Of a stretch of DNA of 32,510 nt, positions 8,748 to 17,787 are shown piece after piece. Position 1 is the stretch's first letter. Every line of letters begins with the position of its first letter. The notes under the pieces were generated by a model that was not told the DNA's origin, did not search any database, and saw only the letters and a program-made list of their open reading frames with translations. A program made the position numbers and the translations under genes. This stretch comes from Gemmatimonadota bacterium (GTDB lineage: Bacteria > Gemmatimonadota > Gemmatimonadetes > Gemmatimonadales > GWC2-71-9), in the NCBI GenBank assembly GCA_003220955.1, contig QHTW01000048.1:1-32510 (forward strand). Reading direction: 5' to 3'.

Positions 8748-10987
8748 GGCGTGGCCGGCCGGGGCCCCGCTGGGAGATGCTCAAGCAAGTACCGGGTGAG
8801 CAATGAGAAGATGTGCAGCGTCGTGCCGCGGCCCTCGCAGATGCAATGCGAGCGATTGGGATACGCCATGAAGTCGAACGGCTTGTCGAGCTCGACCAGG
8901 CGGTTCACCAGGCGCTCCGTTCCCTGATAATGCACGTTGTCGTCGCCGGAGCCGTGCACGATCAGCAGGCGTCCCTTGAGCCCCTCGGCCTGATTGATCG
9001 GAGAAGCATGCTGGTAGCGTGCGCTGTCGGCCGGGCCGGCCAGAAGACCCATGTAGCGCTCCTGATAGATCGTGTCGTAGAGCCGCTCGTCCGGCACCGG
9101 CGCCACGGACATACCAACCTGGTAGACGTCGGGGTAACGAAACATGGCCTGCAGCGTGCTCGATCCACCGCCGCTCCAGCCCCAGATCGCGACACGCGAC
9201 GGATCGAGATAGCGATGTGATCCCGTGAGGGCCCGCACCGCGTCAGCTTGCTCCCGGCTCGACAAGACGCCGATCGCCCCGTAAACCACTTTTCGCCACG
9301 CGCGTCCGCGTGGCGACGGCGTGCCGCGATTGTCCACCGTGGCCACCACGTAGCCCTGATCCGCGATCATGTGTTCCCACAAGTGACCGCCGCCCCAGGA
9401 GTCGACCGCGGTCTGTCCCGCCGGCTCGCCGTAGACGTACATCAGCAGCGGATAACCCCGAGTGGAGTCGAAATTCGCGGGCTTGATCATCCAGCCATCG
9501 AGTGTCACTCCATCAGAGACCGCGACCTTGAAGAATTCACCGGGACGCGTGATGAGCGGCGCCACCGCCGCCCGCTGTTTCGCATTGTCGACAAGGGTCC
9601 GCACGACCCGGTGCGATGGTAGCTGCACCAGCTCGATCACCGACGGGCTGTCGAAGTGCGAGTAGGTGTGAAAGGCCCAGCGGGCGTCGGGGGAGATCCG
9701 GTAGGAGTGCGTACCCGGCGCCGTAGCCGGCGACACGCGTACCGGGGGCTGCTTACCATCCAGCCGGGTGCGATACAGATAGCGTTGGGTCGCGTTGTCC
9801 GGAGACGCGATGTAGTAGAGCCACGGACCGGGCTCGTCCACCGCCGCAATGTCGACGACGTCGAAGTTGCCGGGCGTGACGTTCGTGACGCTCTTCCCGT
9901 CCCGGCTGACCCGGTAGACGTGCCTCCAGCCGTCGCGCTCGCTCGTCCAGAGAAACTCGGTGCCCTTCGCAAGCCACTGGATCTCGTCCACGACGTCGAC
10001 CCAGGCAGAGTCGCGCTCGGTGAGGACGGTCCGAGTCACTCCCGTCGCCGCATCCGCGAGCATGACGCGGTCGGTGTTCTGGAGCCGGTTGATACGCTGG
10101 AGGATCAGCTCGTTCGGTCCCGCCCATTCCATGCGCGGGAGATAGTTCTCGCGCGGGTCATCGGGGATCTGCAGCCACGTCGTGGGGCCGCCGTCGGCAC
10201 GTACGACTCCTGCCCGCACCGCCGAATTCCTGGTCCCGACCTTGGGATACTGAATGGGAGTGATGTGGGGATAGAGCGAGTCGGTGTCGTTGACGAGGAA
10301 ATACGTGCCCAGGCCCGTCATGTCGAACCGCCAGTAGGCGATCTTCGAGCCGTCGGGTGACCAGCGGAAGGCGTCGCGGAGGTCGAACTCCTCCTCGTAA
10401 ACCCAATCGGTCATGCCGTTCACGTGGAGGGAGTCCGCATCGCTCGTCAGGGCCGTGATGGCGCCGTCCAAGAGCCGCTCCACGTAGACGTTTCCCTGTC
10501 GCACGTAGGCGACTCGATCGCCCGCCGGGGAGAACTTTGCATACATGAGCGAGGACGGCGGGGCGTTCGGTCCTCCGAGCTTTTTCAGCGCGCCGGTCTT
10601 TCGGTTGAGCACCCAGTAGTCGCCCCGAGTATTCTGGCGCCACACGCGTTGCGTGTTGGTGAAAAGCAGCAACAGGTTGCCGTCGGCCGACCAAGTGTAG
10701 TCGTCGAAGTCCGGCACCAGCTGGCGCGCCGAGATGTAGACACTGCGCGCGCCGGCGGCGGTCTCGTAGCGCACGATGTCGAAGGCCCCCGGGTTCGCGG
10801 CCGATTTCTCCACCGTGGTATAGGCGGTGCCGTTTTCGATCCACCGCGCCGGTCCGAAGCGTTGCGGCGCGAATTCTGCCGAGGCGTAGATGCGGCGCAG
10901 CATGTCGGTGACGTGATCCGGCACCTGCGCGACCGCGGGAAGGGGCACAGCCGCGAGCAGCGCCAGGAAACCCCGAACAGCCTTCAT
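8744..10987 (-). CDS. S9B dipeptidyl-peptidase IV-like peptidase
   Basis: Signal peptide; DPP-IV N-terminal propeller (NGMTDWVYEEE); GWSGGG nucleophile; DDNVH; C-terminal His (NRSH). Confidence 0.93.
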   Translation of the reverse strand: MKAVRGFLALLAAVPLPAVAQVPDHVTDMLRRIYASAEFAPQRFGPARWIENGTAYTTVEKSAANPGAFDIVRYETAAGARSVYISARQLVPDFDDYTWSADGNLLLLFTNTQRVWRQNTRGDYWVLNRKTGALKKLGGPNAPPSSLMYAKFSPAGDRVAYVRQGNVYVERLLDGAITALTSDADSLHVNGMTDWVYEEEFDLRDAFRWSPDGSKIAYWRFDMTGLGTYFLVNDTDSLYPHITPIQYPKVGTRNSAVRAGVVRADGGPTTWLQIPDDPRENYLPRMEWAGPNELILQRINRLQNTDRVMLADAATGVTRTVLTERDSAWVDVVDEIQWLAKGTEFLWTSERDGWRHVYRVSRDGKSVTNVTPGNFDVVDIAAVDEPGPWLYYIASPDNATQRYLYRTRLDGKQPPVRVSPATAPGTHSYRISPDARWAFHTYSHFDSPSVIELVQLPSHRVVRTLVDNAKQRAAVAPLITRPGEFFKVAVSDGVTLDGWMIKPANFDSTRGYPLLMYVYGEPAGQTAVDSWGGGHLWEHMIADQGYVVATVDNRGTPSPRGRAWRKVVYGAIGVLSSREQADAVRALTGSHRYLDPSRVAIWGWSGGGSSTLQAMFRYPDVYQVGMSVAPVPDERLYDTIYQERYMGLLAGPADSARYQHASPINQAEGLKGRLLIVHGSGDDNVHYQGTERLVNRLVELDKPFDFMAYPNRSHCICEGRGTTLHIFSLLTRYLLEHLPAGPRPATP

Positions 10988-10988
10988 G

Positions 10989-13655
10989 CTAGTCTCCGAA
11001 GTTGGCGAGCCGGACGTCCAATACGTCCGGCAATCCCTGCAGCTTGTCGAGCACGCCGTTGGTCAGCGCCTGATCGACGTTGATCGCCGCGAGCGCGTCA
11101 CTCGGTCCGCCGCCCGGCTGCGGGGCGCGCCGCGCCTGATGGTAGCTGGCGATATTGATGCCCGCGCTGCCGAGCGCCGATCCCACGCGTCCGATCACCC
11201 CGGGCACGTCGCGGTTGCGAACCACCAGCATCCAGCCATCCGGCACGACGTCCACATGGAAGTCGTCGATGCGGATCACGCGCCCGTGGCTGTCGCCAAT
11301 CAGCGCCCCGGTCACGCGGACGCGCCCGCGGGTCGTGTCGACCTTGACGCCGATCGAGGTCTCGAATCCGGTCTCCGGGGCGCCGGTGCGTGTGCCGAGC
11401 TGAATCCCCTTCTCTTCGGCGAGCACCTGCGCGTTGACCAGGCTCACCGGCCCGGCGTTCATGGCCGCGAGCAGCCCCTCGAGCGCGGACACGAGCACCG
11501 GCCGCTGCGCCGCCTCTTCTTTTCCGCCGTAGGCGACTTCCACCGCTTTCACCGGCCCGTCGGCGAGCGCGAGCGCCAGCCGCCCCAGCCGTCGCGCGAG
11601 ATCGAGCAGCGGTGCGAGCCGCCGCAACAAGTCACCGCCCATCCCTGGCACGTTGATGGCGAACGAGAGATCGCCGGCGACCAGCGCGTCGCGCACCGCG
11701 CCGCAGATTTCCATCGCCACGCGCTCCTGCGCCTCGGCGGTGGATGCCGCGAGATGAGGGGTCAGGATCACGCGGTCGAGCCCCCGCAGGGGGGAATCCG
11801 GCGGGAGCGGCTCGACGGCGAACACATCGATCGCCGCCCCGCCGATCCGTTTTTCCTTGATCGCCTCGGCGAGTGCGGCTTCGTTGACGAGCTCGCCGCG
11901 CGCGGTGTTGATCAACACGGCGGTCGGTTTCATGAGCTTCAGCCGCTGCGCATCGATCAGATGGTGCGTCTGGTCGGTGAGCGCGACGTGTAACGTGACG
12001 ACGTCTGCCGCGCGGAGCAGCTGCTCGAGCGGCAGCAGGCGGACATGCAGCTCGCCGGCGCGGTCCGGAAGCAGATATGGATCGTGACCGACGACCTGCA
12101 TGCCGAACGCGCGCCCGAGCTGGGCGACGTGACCGCCGATGCGCCCGAGACCCACGACGCCCATCGTCTTGCCACGGAGCTCGGTCCCTTCGAAGCGCTT
12201 GCGGTCCCATTCGCCACGGCGCATCGCCGCCGCCGCGTCGGGGATGCGGCGCACCAACGCCAGCAACAAGCCCATCGCGTGTTCGCCCGCGCTGACGGTG
12301 TTGGCGCCCGGCGTGTTCATCACCGCGATGCCGCGCCGCGTCGCCGCCGTCACGTCGATCGTGTCCACCCCGGTGCCCGCCCGCGCCACCAGGCGCAGGT
12401 GCGGCGCGCGCGCCATCAGGCTCGCGGTGACGCGCGTTTCGCTGCGGACGAGGAGCGCGTGCGCACCGGCGATGGCTTTGTCGAGCTCCGCCGGCTTTCC
12501 CGCGACGTCTACGACCTCGAGATCGGGTGTCTTGGACAGCAAGTCGAGGCCGCTGGCCGCGACGCGGTCGGCCACGACCACTCGCCACGTCATTCCAGCG
12601 CCTGGCATGTGGCCGATCCGGATCGTCGAGTCCTTGAGCGCGCCGTATCCCGCACCGATCGTCCATCCCTGTTGCTTCAGCGCGCCGACGACATCCTTGG
12701 AATGTTTTCCTTCCGGTAGCCGCAGGCAGGAGACGGTCCAGCTGTGCCGGCCCTCGCGCGGGAGGAATTTCACGCCGTGCTCCGCGCTCCAGGTCTCGAC
12801 CCGGCGCCGCATGGCGTCGTGCCGTTTCCACCGCGCCTCGATGCCGCCTTCGCGCTCGATCCGCGCGAGCTGCACTTCGAGCGCGTAGAGCAATGAGACG
12901 GCGGGTGTGTTTGTGGGCTGGAACTTGGTCGTCGCATTCAGGAAGCTGATGACGTCGAAATAGGCGCCGCGCTCCTCGAGCGTCTTGGCGCGATTGACGA
13001 GCCGCTCCGACGCCACCCCGAGCGCCAGCCCCGGCGGCAAGGCGAGCGCCTTCTGCGAGCCGGTGAAGACGAAGTCGAGTTTCCAGGCGTCCGTTTCCAC
13101 CGGCGAGCCGCACATCGAGGTCACCGCGTCGACGAGCAGCAGCACGTCAGCGAATTCCTTGACGACCTCAGCGTAGCCGGCCACGTCCTGGAGCACGCCG
13201 GTCGACGTCTCGGAATGCACGCACGTCACGGCATCGACCGGCGTGCGCTTCAACGCATCGCGCAGCATGTCCGGCTCGATCGCCGAGCCGAGCGGCACGT
13301 CGAGCCGGATGCACTCCTTGCCACACGCCGCGACGATCCCCGCGAAGCGCTCGCTGAAGGCACCGTTGACGAGGGACAGCGCGCGGCGCCGCACGCCGTT
13401 GCGCACCGCCATCTCCATGAATCCGGTCGCCGACGTGGTCCCGACGAAGACCGGCCGCGCCGTACGACAAATCGCCCCGAGCTTCGGGGCGATCCCCTGC
13501 AACAGCTTCTCCATGGACGATGAGCGGTGCCCGATCATCGGCCGGATCATCGCTTCGAGGACTTCGGGGTGAACGTCGGTGGGCCCGGGAAGGAAGAACT
13601 TCCCGAATGTCGGAACCGCGACTGCGTGGGTCGGAACGGATGCGGTGGATGTCAT
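10989..13655 (-). CDS. serA: As sequenced, a single 888-aa ORF: class V PLP aminotransferase fused to D-3-phosphoglycerate dehydrogenase. The SerA part has its own ATG at 12593 (534 aa).
   Basis: SerA motifs RAGTGVDTID, GLGRIG, INTARG, TPHLAAST, plus ASB and C-terminal ACT (DVPGVIG) domains; start ATG 13655 overlaps the pncA stop (ATGA). Confidence 0.9.
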   Translation of the reverse strand: MTSTASVPTHAVAVPTFGKFFLPGPTDVHPEVLEAMIRPMIGHRSSSMEKLLQGIAPKLGAICRTARPVFVGTTSATGFMEMAVRNGVRRRALSLVNGAFSERFAGIVAACGKECIRLDVPLGSAIEPDMLRDALKRTPVDAVTCVHSETSTGVLQDVAGYAEVVKEFADVLLLVDAVTSMCGSPVETDAWKLDFVFTGSQKALALPPGLALGVASERLVNRAKTLEERGAYFDVISFLNATTKFQPTNTPAVSLLYALEVQLARIEREGGIEARWKRHDAMRRRVETWSAEHGVKFLPREGRHSWTVSCLRLPEGKHSKDVVGALKQQGWTIGAGYGALKDSTIRIGHMPGAGMTWRVVVADRVAASGLDLLSKTPDLEVVDVAGKPAELDKAIAGAHALLVRSETRVTASLMARAPHLRLVARAGTGVDTIDVTAATRRGIAVMNTPGANTVSAGEHAMGLLLALVRRIPDAAAAMRRGEWDRKRFEGTELRGKTMGVVGLGRIGGHVAQLGRAFGMQVVGHDPYLLPDRAGELHVRLLPLEQLLRAADVVTLHVALTDQTHHLIDAQRLKLMKPTAVLINTARGELVNEAALAEAIKEKRIGGAAIDVFAVEPLPPDSPLRGLDRVILTPHLAASTAEAQERVAMEICGAVRDALVAGDLSFAINVPGMGGDLLRRLAPLLDLARRLGRLALALADGPVKAVEVAYGGKEEAAQRPVLVSALEGLLAAMNAGPVSLVNAQVLAEEKGIQLGTRTGAPETGFETSIGVKVDTTRGRVRVTGALIGDSHGRVIRIDDFHVDVVPDGWMLVVRNRDVPGVIGRVGSALGSAGINIASYHQARRAPQPGGGPSDALAAINVDQALTNGVLDKLQGLPDVLDVRLANFGD
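12590..13655 (-). other. Alanine-glyoxylate/serine-pyruvate-type class V aminotransferase segment (probable alternative phosphoserine aminotransferase), C-terminal helix missing
   Basis: FLPGPT, VHSETSTG, VDAVTS, GSQKALALPPG (PLP Lys), IRIGHM, then an abrupt switch; an out-of-frame QALE-TGA overlaps the serA ATG. Confidence 0.85.
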
Positions 13656-14323
13656 GCGCTGGCTCGTTCGAGCTCTTCGACCAGACCGCCCATCACCACC
13701 TCGCTCGTCTTCACGAGCCGCACCCCTTCTTCCCCCCACTCTTTCAGCAGATGCTCGGCGACGTCGCGGTCGATCGGCTTCATCGCGTCCACGACAGCGA
13801 ACAGCCGCACCTGCGGCCGGTGCTGGAGCAGACCCTCGATCGCGTACTTGTCGCACACGTCCAGCGCGACACCGTAGAGCACGATGTCGTGAGGGTTTAG
13901 CACGTCGAGGACGGGAAGAACGTTGGGATTGGAAAACACATCGAACCGGTGCTTGTGAAAGAGGATATCGCCATGATGGGTACGAACCTTTGCGGCAAGC
14001 ACCGTGCCGTCCTGCGGATCCGGCTCGATCACCAGAGGATCGCGGAGGGCGGTTTCCGCAAGCTTGCGCTGGCCGGGCGTCCCCCGCAGACAGTGCGGGG
14101 GAAACGTCGTCTTCCAGTCGGGATTCGCCGAGATCTCGCTGTGGTTGACCACGTGATCGTCGGCGCTGGCCACGATGCGGATGCCGTGCCCGTGGGCGTA
14201 GTCGGTGAGTTTGCGGAGGTTCGGAATCAACTGCTCGGCGTCCGGCACGTACAGCTTGCCGTCGGCCTTCATGAAGTCGTACTGGGTGTCAACGTCCCAG
14301 AAGATGACGCGCGAAGTAGACAT
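13652..14323 (-). CDS. pncA: Nicotinamidase / isochorismatase-family cysteine hydrolase
   Basis: VDTQYDF (Asp), DDH and FPPHC metal ligands, HKHRFDVF (Lys), GVALDVC (Cys); pncB nearby. Confidence 0.8.
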   Translation of the reverse strand: MSTSRVIFWDVDTQYDFMKADGKLYVPDAEQLIPNLRKLTDYAHGHGIRIVASADDHVVNHSEISANPDWKTTFPPHCLRGTPGQRKLAETALRDPLVIEPDPQDGTVLAAKVRTHHGDILFHKHRFDVFSNPNVLPVLDVLNPHDIVLYGVALDVCDKYAIEGLLQHRPQVRLFAVVDAMKPIDRDVAEHLLKEWGEEGVRLVKTSEVVMGGLVEELERASA

Positions 14324-14341
14324 GGGACCGGAAATCTAGAC

Positions 14342-14350
14342 GGGGGGGGG
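14342..14350. repeat. G9 homopolymer in the argA-pncA spacer, just upstream of a -10-like TAGATT
   Basis: Nine G on +; on the minus strand C9-gtc-TAGATT-9 nt-ATG. Confidence 0.7.
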
Positions 14351-14833
14351 CTAAAGCGTCAGCGCTACAGCCACTTCGTCGCACGCGTGCTGGCGCGGGC
14401 AGCGCGCGCAATCGGCCCACACCTTGAGCGGGAACTGCTCCTTCTCCGCCACACGAAAGCCAAGTCTCAGGAAGAACAGGGGTTTGCGCGTCAGCCCGAA
14501 GACCTCGCTCAGGCCGAGCGCGCGCGCGTCCACGAGCAACGCCTCCACGAGGGCTTTGCCGACGCCGCGCCCTTGCTGATCATCGCGCACGGCAAGTCCG
14601 GCGATTTCGGCGAGCTCGGTACTGTAAACCTTGAGGCTGCCGGTCCCCACGAGGCGGCCATCCGGCGCGGTCGCCAGGACGTACTCCTTGATGTGACGGC
14701 ACAGATCGTAGTTCGAGCGCGGCAGGAGATCGCCCGATGCCACGAACGGCGCCATCAACTCTTCCATCGCGGCGACGTCCGCCAGGATGGCGGGACGGAG
14801 CTTCGTCCCCGTGCCGATTGAGAGGCTGGTCAC
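14351..14833 (-). CDS. argA: Short GNAT amino-acid N-acetyltransferase (N-acetylglutamate synthase)
   Basis: LLPRS, LAEIAGLAV..QQGRGVGKALV, FFLRLGF, KVWADC..C...CDE; last gene of the arg operon. Confidence 0.82.
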   Translation of the reverse strand: MTSLSIGTGTKLRPAILADVAAMEELMAPFVASGDLLPRSNYDLCRHIKEYVLATAPDGRLVGTGSLKVYSTELAEIAGLAVRDDQQGRGVGKALVEALLVDARALGLSEVFGLTRKPLFFLRLGFRVAEKEQFPLKVWADCARCPRQHACDEVAVALTL

Positions 14834-15996
14834 GCGAGGACCTCTGCGAGAATCGTGACACCCCGCTCGAGATCTTCACGGCTGACGGTGAGGGGCGGGA
14901 CGATGCGCATCACGTTCGGACCGGCCGTCAGGACCAGGAGTTGCCGTTCCCGCGCCACGGCGACAATCGGCGCGGCGACCTCGTTGAGCTCGAGTCCCCA
15001 CATCAACCCGCGCCCCCGGGCCTCGCGAACCCGCGCAGTGGTCGCCGCGAGTCGCCGCAACCGATCGCCGAGCCACGCACCCTTTGCGCGCACGGCGGCG
15101 AGGAACTCGGGTTCGGCGATCGTGCGCACCACGTCGAGCGATACCGTCGCAACAAAGGGACCACCGCCAAAGGTGGTGGCGTGATCGCCCGGCGCGAGCG
15201 CAGCGGCGATCGCGTCGCTCACGAGGATAGCCCCCATCGGCAGACCACCACCAAGCGGCTTCGCCAGTGTGTACATGTCTGGTGTGACGCCCGTCTGTTC
15301 CGACGCGAACAGCGTTCCCGTGCGGCCGAGGCCGCATTGCACTTCATCGAAGATCAACGCGCAGCCGCAGGCGTCGGACCGCTCGCGCAAGAATGCGAGA
15401 AACTCCGCGGGGACGGGTCGGACGCCGCCCTCTCCCTGTACGGGCTCGATGATGACTGCTGCGGTGCGATCCGCCGTGATGGCGTGCTGCGCCGCCTCGA
15501 CGTCGCCGAGGGGTACGATCTGCACGCCGGTGAGGAGTGGCTCGAAGGGCCGGCGATAATCTGGCCGATCGGTTGCCGCGAGCGACGCGAACAGCCGTCC
15601 ATGAAACGAGCCGCTGAAGGCCACGATATCGGTCTTCTTCGACCACTTGCGCGCGAACTTGAACGCGCCCTCGTTCGCCTCAGCACCCGAGTTACAGAAG
15701 AAGGCCTGGCCCGCGAATGCCTTCGTGAGCTCGGCCGCCAGCCGCTCGCCGGGTTCGGTGCGATACAGGTTCGAGACGTGGATCAGACCGATGTCCAGCG
15801 CGCGCAGCACGGCATCGCGAATCACCGGGCTGTTGTAGCCGAGCGCGTTGACCGCGATGCCGGCGACGAAGTCGAGGTAGCGCGTGCCGTCCTCGGCGAT
15901 GAGCTCCGAGCCTTCACCCGCGACGAAAAGCGGGCCAACGCGCGCGTAGACACCGAGGAGTGCCGTGGCGTCGGCTGAGGTCGCCGGAATTGTCAC
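14830..15996 (-). CDS. argD: Acetylornithine aminotransferase
   Basis: YLDFVAGIAVNALG, NSGAEANE, SFHGR, EPVQGEGG, FDEVQCGLGRTG, AKPLGGG, HATTFGG. Confidence 0.93.
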   Translation of the reverse strand: MTIPATSADATALLGVYARVGPLFVAGEGSELIAEDGTRYLDFVAGIAVNALGYNSPVIRDAVLRALDIGLIHVSNLYRTEPGERLAAELTKAFAGQAFFCNSGAEANEGAFKFARKWSKKTDIVAFSGSFHGRLFASLAATDRPDYRRPFEPLLTGVQIVPLGDVEAAQHAITADRTAAVIIEPVQGEGGVRPVPAEFLAFLRERSDACGCALIFDEVQCGLGRTGTLFASEQTGVTPDMYTLAKPLGGGLPMGAILVSDAIAAALAPGDHATTFGGGPFVATVSLDVVRTIAEPEFLAAVRAKGAWLGDRLRRLAATTARVREARGRGLMWGLELNEVAAPIVAVARERQLLVLTAGPNVMRIVPPLTVSREDLERGVTILAEVLA

Positions 15997-16769
15997 GCTG
16001 TTTGAACGGGGGACGGAGGGACCGCGAGCAGGCGGGTGCCGGCGGTGGCATGCTCGAACATGTCGAGATCACCAATCCGTACGGCCCGAACACCCGCCCG
16101 CAATGCTTGCGCGGCGGCGCGCAACTTGGCGGCCATACCGCCCGTCGCGACGCTGCCTTCAATCATCGTCTCGATTTCGGCGGCCGCAAGGGTGGGCTGG
16201 GTGACGCCGTCTACCGCAACGCCGGGCACGTCGGACACGAACAGCAGCTCCTGCGCCTCGAGCGCCGCGGCAATGGCGGCGGCGGCCTGGTCGGCATTGA
16301 CGTTGAGCGGCCGGACCGGCGCAGCAAGGGAGGGTGCAACGGGCGCCACCACAGGGGTCAGTCCTGCCAGGAGCAGGCTGTGGAGGAGCGACGCCCGCAC
16401 ATTCACGATTTCGCCCACCTCGCCCAGCGCTGTTCCGTTCTGAAGCGGCTCGGCCGTCAGCAAGCCACCATCGACCCCGGACAGCCCAATGGCGTCCAGG
16501 CCGGCGGTCCGGAGCGCGGTCACGACTAGGCGATTCATCGGACCCCCGAGAACCATCTCGACCAGCTGCGCAATCTCGGGAGTCGTCACGCGCAGACCAT
16601 CCCGCTGCTCCACCGGCAGACCAAGCCGGCGAGACCAGGCACTGACCGCCTGGCCACCGCCATGGACGACGACCGACGGTCCGAGGCCCGCAAGTGCACG
16701 AGCGCATGCGCCCACCCATTCCGGGCGATCGAGCTCGTTGCCGCCGATTTTGACGACGCGCGTCAGCAC
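15993..16769 (-). CDS. argB: Acetylglutamate kinase
   Basis: VVKIGG, VHGGG, DGLRVT, NVNADQAA, SDVPGV, TGGMAAK. Confidence 0.93.
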   Translation of the reverse strand: MLTRVVKIGGNELDRPEWVGACARALAGLGPSVVVHGGGQAVSAWSRRLGLPVEQRDGLRVTTPEIAQLVEMVLGGPMNRLVVTALRTAGLDAIGLSGVDGGLLTAEPLQNGTALGEVGEIVNVRASLLHSLLLAGLTPVVAPVAPSLAAPVRPLNVNADQAAAAIAAALEAQELLFVSDVPGVAVDGVTQPTLAAAEIETMIEGSVATGGMAAKLRAAAQALRAGVRAVRIGDLDMFEHATAGTRLLAVPPSPVQTA

Positions 16770-17722
16770 GGGAGGCCTGCCGTCTCTGGGAGACCCAACA
16801 TCACGTTCATATTCTGGATCGCCTGCCCCGCCGCACCCTTCACGAGATTGTCGATCGCCGCGATCACGGTCAGACGCGGCCGGCGGACGTCCCGCACTTC
16901 CGCGACGACGATGGCCACGCGGTTGCGATACACGACGTCCTTGAGCGACGGCAACACGCCGTGCATCACCTGGACGCAGGGCTCGGCGTCATAGGTCGCG
17001 TCGTAGAGGCCCTCCGCGGTCGCCTGATCGAGCACCCGCGTCAGGGGCACGTGAATGGTCTCGAGAATGCCGCGCTTCACCGGCAACAGATGGGGTGTGA
17101 AGACGACATCCCCGGTGAACCCGCCCTCGCGCGACAGCGACTGCTTCAGTTCGGCCAAATGGCGATGGGTATTGCCGATCGCGTACGCGCGGTAATCCTC
17201 GGCGACTTCGCCGAAGAGCAGCTCCCGCTTGGGATTGCGTCCGGCGCCGGTGACACCCGACGCCGCATCGATGATGACCTCGCGTGAAGGATCGATCAAG
17301 CCGAGCTGTGCGAGCGGAATCAGCGCGAGCAGCGCGGCAGTGGGATAGCAGCCCGGATTGGCGACGAGCTCTGCATCGGCCAAGCGCGGGCGCGTGAACT
17401 CGGTCAGGCCATAGACGGCGTCGGGCGAGAGACGAAAGTCGGCCGACAGGTCGACGGCGCGTTTCCCACCGGCGCGCGCTTCGTGGACGTAGCGCGCGGA
17501 GACGCCGTGCGGCAGCGCCGACAGAATGATCTCGGCATCCTGCCACGGCGCGTCGTCGGCCTTGATGAGCTCGTGCCCGTCCACCGACTCGCCCGCGGCG
17601 GACTCCGCCGTCGCGAAGGCGACCGTCGCGTCCGGGTGTCCGTGCAGCAGCCGCAATAACTCCTCACCGACGTAGCCGGACGCGCCCAGCACGCCGACCG
17701 GGAGGGATGCATGATTATTCAT
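16763..17722 (-). CDS. argC: N-acetyl-gamma-glutamyl-phosphate reductase
   Basis: GASGYVG, ALPHG, DLSADFR, ANPGCYPT, SGVTGAG, FTPHL, IDNLVKGAAGQAIQNMN. Confidence 0.96.
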   Translation of the reverse strand: MNNHASLPVGVLGASGYVGEELLRLLHGHPDATVAFATAESAAGESVDGHELIKADDAPWQDAEIILSALPHGVSARYVHEARAGGKRAVDLSADFRLSPDAVYGLTEFTRPRLADAELVANPGCYPTAALLALIPLAQLGLIDPSREVIIDAASGVTGAGRNPKRELLFGEVAEDYRAYAIGNTHRHLAELKQSLSREGGFTGDVVFTPHLLPVKRGILETIHVPLTRVLDQATAEGLYDATYDAEPCVQVMHGVLPSLKDVVYRNRVAIVVAEVRDVRRPRLTVIAAIDNLVKGAAGQAIQNMNVMLGLPETAGLPC

Positions 17723-17743
17723 TTGAGCGGAAAATTATGCAGA
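17706..17743. promoter_or_regulatory. Tandem ARG boxes (ArgR operator) overlapping the argC start codon
   Basis: Cores TGCATGATTATTCA (17708-17721) and CGGAAAATTATGCA (17728-17741), 20 bp apart; they match TGNATWWWWATNCA and form an AT-rich island in a GC-rich genome. Confidence 0.8.
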
Positions 17744-17787
17744 CGGCCAGCGTCCCGCAAGATGTAGGGGCGGAGCATGCTGCGCCG

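Noticed and set aside
11632-13113. Long alternative-frame ORFs (this 493-aa one, 14737-15978, 26016-27353 and others)
   Set aside because: Arg/Ala/Pro-rich shadow ORFs expected in high-GC DNA, overlapping well-supported genes and lacking motifs.
13656-13856. N-terminal 67 aa of the 955-aa ORF
   Set aside because: Shadow of pncA; the real start is the ATGA-coupled ATG at 13655.
14830-17722. LysW-dependent lysine/arginine pathway (lysY/Z/J)
   Set aside because: No lysW or lysX nearby, while an acetyltransferase and ARG boxes support the acetylated arginine route.
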